From assembly GCA_946542465.1 (NCBI GenBank), contig CAMNKQ010000001.1, positions 1 through 54,054 of the forward strand: a stretch of DNA of 54,054 bases, in the 5' to 3' direction. The position numbers and the translations under genes are program-made. Below, one piece after another: positions 7,414 to 12,985 of this stretch; within the stretch, counting starts at the first letter, position 1; each line of letters begins with the position of its first letter. Origin of the DNA: an uncultured Clostridia bacterium. GTDB lineage: Bacteria > Bacillota > Clostridia > Oscillospirales > Oscillospiraceae. The notes beneath the pieces were generated by a model. That model searched no databases and was not told where the DNA came from. It was given only the letters and a program-made list of their open reading frames with translations.

Positions 7414-8696
7414 GATTCCCCTCCCAGAAAGGGCATATCCAAAAAGGGAATGCAATCTCCGCGGCCGAGATACTTTGCCAAGGCTGTATCTGCGTTAGCT
7501 GGAGGGTCGATGCGAAAACAGGGCTCTAGCAAATTACATGAGACTACCTCGACATCTTCGTTGGGCGTATCTCTGTAATTGTGGATTCTGTTGATCAGTT
7601 CCTGCACCGCTATACTGGACGCCATCATGTTAATACTAATCACTGCCGGTGCACTTTCTCTGGCTCCAATTATATATTTTTCCTGAAGTCTTGCTTGGTA
7701 AGCAGCAGGATCTGCCCTCCGAAGGGATTCGCTCTGTAATTGCTCGGTGCTATATACTCCCAAGCTGTGTAACGAAGCTTCGCCTGGTATAATATATCTC
7801 ACGGCAGTACTTATTTCAGAAAGCCCTCCGTCGTTGGAAACCAGTTTGACCCCGACATCAATTAAAGGAACAGTGTAAAACGTGCCAATGCGGTTCAGTT
7901 GCATTCGTCCATCTGCAGAATCAAGACATCCAAACAGAACATCACACTGCGAAAGGTGCCGTAATGCATCGCGATCTGCTATGGTTGAAGGGACTGCGAC
8001 AATTTCGCTTTTAAGCCCCATCGCTTCATAGCGCTCTTTGAGCATTTCGGCCTTGTTTCTATGCAGTATCGCGTCGGTTTTCCCTGCGTTTAATATCCGG
8101 CCAAGGTTAACTTCCTCTACCGAATCATCGTCGACCAACACTAACCGCTTCACACCCAGGCGGAATAACTGTTCAGCAACGATGCTCCCTGTGCCGGAAA
8201 CTCCAGCAATGCCTACTGTCAGCGAAGAAAAGATTTCTGTCGTTCCTTTGCCGAAAGCTTGCTTTGTTCGAATGTGAAAATCATTTGATAAGTCAATACC
8301 TGCTTTTGAAGGATTGATGACGATAGAGTGCCCGACGACCTCACATATATCAACGGGCATCAGTGCGCTATCCCAGTAATATGCTGATATTTGCTCCTTT
8401 GCCCATGTAATCCACAGGCAATTAGGAAGATCAAAGGCGACTTCCTGCAATTCTTCCGGGAGACATATGACACAAATAGAATCAGCGGAGTCAGCTAAGA
8501 TACTATTAACTGCAGAACCAGCAACCTCTTTTTCGACGGCTTTATATGACCAAGAGCGTCTCTCTGTTCCATTTGGAAAAACTGTGCGGCCTCCCCCACA
8601 GGACGCTAGGATCACGTTTCCTGAGGCCTTGGCAGCCATAAGGCTGCCAAGGTTTTCAAGTTGCTTTTGGGTAATTCGGAAGGTACGCTCTGTCAT
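7410..8696 (-). CDS. ThiF/MoeB-type E1-like adenylyltransferase with an uncharacterised ~165-aa N-terminal extension
   Basis: VGIAGVSGTGSIVAEQL (nucleotide-binding loop), RLVLVDDDSVEEVNLGRIL, LIDVGV, and SAPAVISINMMASSIAVQELINR (conserved E1 helix). Start set at MTERTF (ATGA overlap with the E2 stop). Confidence 0.8.
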   Translation of the reverse strand: MTERTFRITQKQLENLGSLMAAKASGNVILASCGGGRTVFPNGTERRSWSYKAVEKEVAGSAVNSILADSADSICVICLPEELQEVAFDLPNCLWITWAKEQISAYYWDSALMPVDICEVVGHSIVINPSKAGIDLSNDFHIRTKQAFGKGTTEIFSSLTVGIAGVSGTGSIVAEQLFRLGVKRLVLVDDDSVEEVNLGRILNAGKTDAILHRNKAEMLKERYEAMGLKSEIVAVPSTIADRDALRHLSQCDVLFGCLDSADGRMQLNRIGTFYTVPLIDVGVKLVSNDGGLSEISTAVRYIIPGEASLHSLGVYSTEQLQSESLRRADPAAYQARLQEKYIIGARESAPAVISINMMASSIAVQELINRIHNYRDTPNEDVEVVSCNLLEPCFRIDPPANADTALAKYLGRGDCIPFLDMPFLGGES

Positions 8697-9097
8697 CCTG
8701 TCACCTGCGCGGCAGACGCGCGTTCTAGCCAACCGCTGATTGCAAGTACATGCGTTGCGATGTTGTCCTCGTTGGGAACCCACTCGCCAGCCCGGTAATG
8801 CCGCGACCAACGCTGAAACGGGAGGCCATCGATTGTTACTGTGCATTCTGTCCTCGGGATCGGTTGCCCGTCAGAGCGCACCAGCGGAGGGTTAAAGTAG
8901 ACCATATCGAGCGGGACCGCAGGATAATTTGTTGGGATTTGAATTGCAGCGGTAGCCAGCTTACTCGTATAGCCTTCGCATACGGGAAAGTCATGGATCA
9001 GGAGCCACTGTCCCGAGATGGTTTCCCAGTGAGGGAAAGCGTTGCTAAGATACTCTGTGTCATCAGACGAGAGCGCAAACATTCTCCGGTCTTCCAT
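8693..9097 (-). CDS. Prokaryotic E2/UBC-like protein (family-E type)
   Basis: IQIPTNYPAVPLDMVYFNPPL...DG and FQRWSRHY motifs fit the UBC-like core of prokaryotic E2s linked to multiubiquitin genes. GGAGGG RBS inside the end of the Ubl gene. Confidence 0.7.
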   Translation of the reverse strand: MEDRRMFALSSDDTEYLSNAFPHWETISGQWLLIHDFPVCEGYTSKLATAAIQIPTNYPAVPLDMVYFNPPLVRSDGQPIPRTECTVTIDGLPFQRWSRHYRAGEWVPNEDNIATHVLAISGWLERASAAQVTG

Positions 9098-9100
9098 AGA

Positions 9101-9364
9101 TTAGCCCTCCGTCTGGTCGCGGCTGATATAGGTAAATTTTTCGATCCCAGGTTCTTCAAGATCGACCACCTGGTCAAGCTTGATCTCGCGATAATTGTTT
9201 CCGTGAGTTTTCAGGTCAAGCTTGTAGTTTTCGGGCGGAAGCAGCCCAGCGGCTGTCAAAACCTCTCTGCCGGTGATGGTTCGAGAAGGCCACTCGAAGG
9301 TTTGGTTGCGAACCTTAAATTTGTAGGTCTGCGAAGGTTTAGCTTTTTGAACTTCATTAACCAT
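9101..9364 (-). CDS. Ubiquitin-like beta-grasp protein (multiubiquitin-domain type), ending in Gly
   Basis: YKFKVRNQTFEWPSRTITGREVLTAAGLLPPENYKLDL...EIKLDQVVDLEEPGIEKF pattern. The C-terminus is ...RDQTEG-stop. GGAGGA RBS 7 nt before the ATG at 9364. An in-frame alternative start at 9412 also has an AAGGTG RBS. Confidence 0.7.
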   Translation of the reverse strand: MVNEVQKAKPSQTYKFKVRNQTFEWPSRTITGREVLTAAGLLPPENYKLDLKTHGNNYREIKLDQVVDLEEPGIEKFTYISRDQTEG

Positions 9365-9422
9365 TGTAAAATCCTCCAAAACTCTGTGTGAGTTTTTGTA
9401 CAGTTGTTCCATGCATTTCACC

Positions 9423-9451
9423 TTGCAAAATCCAACTGGAGGAAGTAAAAT
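9423..9451 (+). promoter_or_regulatory. Candidate sigma-A promoter (TTGCAA-17-TAAAAT) for a plus-strand small RNA
   Basis: Read directly. 17-nt spacer. Points away from the Ubl gene start. Confidence 0.55.
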
Positions 9452-9457
9452 AAGAAT

Positions 9458-9585
9458 GTTAGGGGACTTCGGCTCCGCCGGGTGTGGTAGCCCACGTTGG
9501 AGTTGCAAGGCGGCGTGAACCCAATGGAACGTTTGGGGTCACATCTCTATGAGAAGATCACTGGAAAAGTGGTCTTCTTTTTTTG
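9458..9585 (+). ncRNA. Candidate ~128-nt structured sRNA, antisense to the Ubl operon leader
   Basis: Bounded by the promoter at 9423-9451 and a strong intrinsic terminator at 9552-9584. GC-rich patch in AT-rich surroundings with several short hairpins (GTGG-tagc-CCAC; CGCCG...CGGCG; CCCAA...TTGGG). No convincing ORF or RBS. Confidence 0.45.
9552..9584 (+). terminator. Rho-independent terminator (10-bp stem with one G-U, 7-nt loop, T7 tract)
   Basis: AGAAGATCAC tggaaaa GTGGTCTTCT TTTTTT. The T-tract is on the plus strand only. Confidence 0.75.
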
Positions 9586-9692
9586 CGCTGCCCACAGTAT
9601 TACCTTCTCTCTGCTGCCGTAGGCGGTGGTAGACACCTACGACTTCTCTTGAGCTTGATAGGCGTTCGACTCCTTGCCTACCAGCGAGGCCC

Positions 9693-9721
9693 ATTATATG
9701 CGAGCCCGTCCGTAATGTCAA
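9693..9721 (-). promoter_or_regulatory. Perfect consensus sigma-A promoter (TTGACA-17-TATAAT) driving the Ubl operon
   Basis: The minus strand reads TTGACAttacggacgggctcgcaTATAAT. No minus-strand terminator lies between it and the Ubl start, implying a ~320-nt leader. Confidence 0.7.
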
Positions 9722-9757
9722 GCTGTTTTTCCATATTTAGATATCTGCGCAAATTCA

Positions 9758-9773
9758 AACAATATATCTTGTT
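9758..9773. promoter_or_regulatory. Candidate operator: 16-bp near-palindrome AACAATATATCTTGTT
   Basis: One symmetric mismatch pair. Lies between the two divergent promoters, ~22 nt upstream of the regulator -35. Confidence 0.3.
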
Positions 9774-9794
9774 AATTTTATTTAACATCGCCTA

Positions 9795-9823
9795 TTGACT
9801 GCCCACTTGTTCTCTGCTATACT
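9795..9823 (+). promoter_or_regulatory. Sigma-A promoter of the XRE/ImmA regulator gene (TTGACT-17-TATACT)
   Basis: Read directly. An AAGGTGA RBS precedes the ATG at 9870. Confidence 0.6.
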
Positions 9824-9869
9824 ATACGAGCGTCATGAATTAATACACGATAGGAAATAAGGTGAACAT

Positions 9870-11114
9870 ATGGAATTAGAGAATGTAGTCGCAGTAAACA
9901 TTCAACGCCTTATGGAGAAAAATCACTTAACGCAAAATGAGTTAGGTGATTATTTGCATTTAAGTCGCCAGACTATCTCAAAATATTTAAAAGGGAAGAC
10001 CACATTTAATACTGTACAGCTAATTAAGCTTGCTCATTTGTTTAGAGTCTCTATAGAACAGCTTCTTGCTGACGGCAAGGGCTCAGATGTAAAGGTATAT
10101 TATCGCCCAACCAATTTGGACGGCCAATTCTCCTCTGGCAAAAAAGATTACATTCGAGCGTATATCAAAAAATATGTTGAGATTTCTGAGCGAGTTGGAG
10201 ATTATTCGACTTTTACGCCAGAGCAGTATGATCTTTATGCATCAATAAAAGGGGAAAAAATAAACATAAACAGAGAGCTCGGCAATAGTATTTCGCAAAA
10301 AGAGGCCTTAGATGATAGAATTATAGAGGAAATCCTTGCTATAGCAGACGAGCAGAGATTGATTCTTGCGCTGAATGACATTGCTTCGATTGCATTAATC
10401 CCTGCTTTAGAGAAGAAAGGAATAAGAGTCGTTTTTCTTGACTTTGAATGCAGTGATATTTCTGGCGCTTCCGTATGTAGTGATACGTATGGTTGCTTTA
10501 TATTTGTAAACTCAAATGAAGCAATAACTATAGAGCGTCAGCTTTATACGGTTGCCCATGAATATGGGCACATATTACTGCATCGTTCTCTGTATAACAG
10601 TGAATACGTTGACATTAGTAATAAGTATTATACTGACTACCTTGATCATATGGCAAATAAGTTCGCCTCAAGGCTCGTTTTACCACCAGCGCTTTATTAC
10701 AAGTATACGAGTGAACTGAGCAAGGGCGCAAATGATCTGAAATTAATCCTTCCTGTTGCTATGCAGATTAAACAGCAAGTCCGGCTTAGTTTGCAATCTG
10801 TAATGTTGAATCTGCGAGATAATGGATATATCACGAAGGCGGTCGTTGACGAGTACTATGATTTGCTCGATGCCTTGGGGGCTCGGAGCGTAGAACCTGC
10901 GCCGATTAAAGACGAAAAAGATGTGCTTGATGAGTTCAAAAGGAAACGGAATGCAAACGTTTTTTCCTTAGTCACAAAAGCCTTTCGTGCAGGTAGCATC
11001 AACGAAGCAGACGTTGCTTTGCTGTGTGGAATAACCCAGGAAGAAGCAAAAAACACTTTGTCTTCTTTGCGTGAAGGACAGCAAAAGGTTGATGATTTCT
11101 TTACTGTGAAATAA
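9870..11114 (+). CDS. Fused XRE-family HTH / ImmA-IrrE (M78) zinc metallopeptidase regulator with a C-terminal extension
   Basis: N-terminal LTQNELGDYLHLSRQTISKYLKG (HTH_3-like). Central YTVAHEYGHILLH (HExxH) and MANKFASRLVLPP, typical of ImmA/IrrE. Confidence 0.8.
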   Translation: MELENVVAVNIQRLMEKNHLTQNELGDYLHLSRQTISKYLKGKTTFNTVQLIKLAHLFRVSIEQLLADGKGSDVKVYYRPTNLDGQFSSGKKDYIRAYIKKYVEISERVGDYSTFTPEQYDLYASIKGEKININRELGNSISQKEALDDRIIEEILAIADEQRLILALNDIASIALIPALEKKGIRVVFLDFECSDISGASVCSDTYGCFIFVNSNEAITIERQLYTVAHEYGHILLHRSLYNSEYVDISNKYYTDYLDHMANKFASRLVLPPALYYKYTSELSKGANDLKLILPVAMQIKQQVRLSLQSVMLNLRDNGYITKAVVDEYYDLLDALGARSVEPAPIKDEKDVLDEFKRKRNANVFSLVTKAFRAGSINEADVALLCGITQEEAKNTLSSLREGQQKVDDFFTVK

Positions 11115-11179
11115 TAAGACCTTTTCCCGCGGTAGGAATCCTAATCATTTTCTCGCCGCACTAACCACATGAAAAAACT

Positions 11180-11196
11180 TGTCTCACGGTGAGACA
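11180..11196. repeat. 17-nt palindrome TGTCTCAC-G-GTGAGACA downstream of the regulator gene
   Basis: Perfect palindrome. Shares the identical 23-mer with the copies at 5154 and 7012. Confidence 0.9.
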
Positions 11197-11365
11197 CATT
11201 TCAGGTTTCAGACTTCTGCTTTCGGCGCGGAGATTAGCAGTAATGATCGATAGATGGATAGATCCCTCAGTATGATTCTATCAGTTTCTTTCTATTAGTC
11301 TTATTAGGGTATAAGTTTTTGGCTTCTTGATGTAAAAGTTTTTATCCTCCAAACTTCGGAAAACC

Positions 11366-11402
11366 GGAAGTCTAGAAGTTTCCTTTTGGGAAGTCTAGAA
11401 GT
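11366..11402. repeat. Two direct copies of GGAAGTCTAGAAGT, 23 bp apart (iteron-like)
   Basis: Copies at 11366-11379 and 11389-11402, overlapping the 3' end of the RepA_N gene. Confidence 0.6.
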
Positions 11403-11745
11403 CCGGTTTGGCGCAAAATTGCAGGACATAAATCCGATCCGGCTTGCCCTGGCCTTGCTTTTTGCGCTCGATCAGGCCGATCCGCTCCAGCTCTGAGAGC
11501 AGCTTTCCGGCGGTGACGCGGCTGCAGCCGAAGTCTTCGCAGATCTCCGCAACGGCGTAATACACATACGTTCGGCCTTCCCCGTCCCGCCAGCCGTTCT
11601 TGACGGACAGGCTCACGCGGTCGAGCAGCAGGGCGAACAGCAGCTTCCCTGCGGGCGACAGCGGGCGATACTCCGTCCCTTTGACAAGCTGCCGGGGAAC
11701 CCGGTAAAAAGAAAAGCCCTCGCTCTGAGGGCGCAAATCCGTCAT
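11395..11745 (-). CDS. Short replication-initiator-A N-terminal-domain (RepA_N) protein
   Basis: FYRVPRQLV....YRPLSPAGKLLFALLLDRVSLSVKNGWRDGEGRTYVYYAVAEICEDFGCSRVTAGKLLSELERIGLIERKKQGQGKPDRIYV matches the RepA_N pattern. Only ~116 aa, so domain-only or truncated. Confidence 0.75.
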   Translation of the reverse strand: MTDLRPQSEGFSFYRVPRQLVKGTEYRPLSPAGKLLFALLLDRVSLSVKNGWRDGEGRTYVYYAVAEICEDFGCSRVTAGKLLSELERIGLIERKKQGQGKPDRIYVLQFCAKPDF

Positions 11746-11760
11746 AAAACCTCCCTAGAT

Positions 11761-11803
11761 GCAACAAGAGCGCAGCCGTGACGCTGCGCTCTTGTTGCTT
11801 TTT
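11761..11803 (+). terminator. Strong hairpin plus T-tract, oriented for the plus strand, at the island/chromosome junction
   Basis: GCAACAAGAGCGCAGC cgtga GCTGCGCTCTTGTTGC TTTTT. No plus-strand gene immediately upstream. Confidence 0.5.
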
Positions 11804-11873
11804 CCGTATTCTCGCTTTTGTATCCCGTGACTATGTAATATCGTGTGAGGAAACGCCTGTTTTTCGGTGGGTA

Positions 11874-12797
11874 TCAAGTGGTTACTGACACATGCGTCAC
11901 CGCTGCCACCAGGCGGCCGTTTTGCAGCACGGGACTGCCGCTCATGCCCTGGACGATGCCGCCGGTCCGATCCCGCAGCTCCGAATCGGTGATGACGATC
12001 ATGGCGTGCAAGCCGTCCCCGTCCTTATACAGGCGGGAGACCTCCGCCCGGTACTCCCGGGCCTCCCGGCCGCTGACCGTGGAGAGAATGGTGGCCGGGC
12101 CCAGCTCAATCGTCCCGGTCTCCACCAGACGGCCGCCCAGGGGCGCCGTCAGATGGCCATAGATGCCGTGGTCGGTGTTTTTCTCCACGTTGCCCAGCAC
12201 CCGGCCCACATCACTGCAGCCGTTGAGCTCGCCGGGGGCGCCCGCCGTGCCGCGCACCACATCCACGATCTCCGCCTCGGTGATGCTGCCGCGGCTCATG
12301 GGCAGGCTCTGCCCGCTCTTTTCATCGCTGACGCTGTGGCCCAGCGCGCCGTAGGTGCCGGTGGCCGGGTCACAGAAGGTGACGGTCCCGATACCGGAGA
12401 TCCCGTCCCGCAGCCACATGCCCAGCATCCACTGCTGCTCCCGGGAGAGCACCGGCGTGACGCTGACGCGCAGGCTCCTCTCCTCCCGCAGAAGGCTCAG
12501 CTCCGCGCTCTCGCCCTCCAGTTCGCCCACGGCGGCGATCAGTTCCGAGGCGCTGTCCACCTCCTGGCCGTTCACGGCGACGACAAAATCTCCCTCCCGG
12601 ACGCCGGCCTCCCGGGCCGGAGCCCGGCTGCCCTCCGCCGTCTCCACCTCGCCGACGCCCGCCACCAGCACACCCCGGGTGCTGATCTGAATGCCCACGA
12701 CCTGTCCGCCCAGGGCCAGCTCCTGGGCAAAGGCCAAGCCGGGCAGCGAAACGAGCAGGCTCAGGGCGAGGCCTGTCGAAATTAGCTGTCTTTTCAT
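11874..12797 (-). CDS. SpoIVB-like S55 serine peptidase with PDZ domain, apparently C-terminally truncated
   Basis: Signal peptide, PDZ-like GDFVVAVNGQEV, GTVTF.DP.TG.YGALGH and GIVQGMSGSPV catalytic Ser motif. Ends AAVTHVSVTT-stop, where canonical SpoIVB continues ~25-30 aa after GAVTHVF. Confidence 0.7.
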   Translation of the reverse strand: MKRQLISTGLALSLLVSLPGLAFAQELALGGQVVGIQISTRGVLVAGVGEVETAEGSRAPAREAGVREGDFVVAVNGQEVDSASELIAAVGELEGESAELSLLREERSLRVSVTPVLSREQQWMLGMWLRDGISGIGTVTFCDPATGTYGALGHSVSDEKSGQSLPMSRGSITEAEIVDVVRGTAGAPGELNGCSDVGRVLGNVEKNTDHGIYGHLTAPLGGRLVETGTIELGPATILSTVSGREAREYRAEVSRLYKDGDGLHAMIVITDSELRDRTGGIVQGMSGSPVLQNGRLVAAVTHVSVTT

Positions 12798-12885
12798 AAA
12801 CGCTTCTCCTCCTGCACAGACTTGTTTGCGCACGAAAGCAGTATGTGCGAAAGACGAAAAATGAAACGCGGCACTTTTTGCCGAC

Positions 12886-12927
12886 CAAAAAATGACTATC
12901 GAGACAAGAGCTCGTCTCGATAGTCAT
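12886..12927 (-). terminator. Rho-independent terminator after the anti-sigma-like gene
   Basis: 14-bp perfect stem ATGACTATCGAGAC/GTCTCGATAGTCAT, followed on the minus strand by TTTTTT. Confidence 0.8.
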
Positions 12928-12985
12928 CCTGAGCGTCAGTGAAGGATCTTCGCTCATTTAAAAATACTTTTTCTGATGATATTTT

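Larger units (their letters stand above)
1..11870. mobile_element. Partial AT-rich accessory island of conjugative/mobilisable-element origin (left end outside window, right end approximate)
   Basis: Visibly lower G+C than the rest of the window. Carries Spo0A_C-like, Cys-rich KTR, MobC, RepA_N and Phd/ParE genes. Several TTGACA-17-TATAAT type promoters. No integrase or relaxase in the window. Confidence 0.6.

Noticed and set aside
8697-8846. Upstream 50-codon extension of the E1 ORF, and a possible degenerate JAB/MPN motif in the E1 N-terminal domain (GHSIVINPSKAGID)
   Set aside because: The extension overlaps the E2 gene and is Arg/Cys-rich nonsense, whereas MTERTF gives an ATGA junction. 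The JAMM signature HxH...S..D is incomplete (only one His), so no deubiquitinase domain is called.
9586-9690. Possible tRNA-like or known riboswitch element (GGCGTTCGACTCC looked like a T-arm)
   Set aside because: I could not fold a cloverleaf: there is no complementary T-stem or acceptor stem. Nothing matches the conserved cores of riboswitch classes I know (c-di-GMP, ZTP, guanidine, fluoride, preQ1, etc.). It is left as an unclassified structured leader.
9539-9798. 60-aa (minus) and 71-aa (plus) ORFs in the Ubl/regulator intergenic region
   Set aside because: Neither has an RBS. The minus ORF starts upstream of the predicted transcription start. Both overlap promoter and terminator signals. 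The region is better explained as regulatory/RNA.
172-11196. Island palindromes as genuine parS sites
   Set aside because: True parS, as at 32271-32286, is an even 16-bp palindrome (GTTTCAC|GTGAAAC). The island sites have an extra central G, which shifts the half-sites by one base, and most carry GTCTCAC instead of GTTTCAC. They are kept as an unexplained repeat family, not called parS.
11372-11767. 131-aa alternative-frame ORF overlapping the RepA_N gene
   Set aside because: It is an Arg/Pro/Ala-rich translation with no motifs. The 11395-11745 frame gives a clear RepA_N match.
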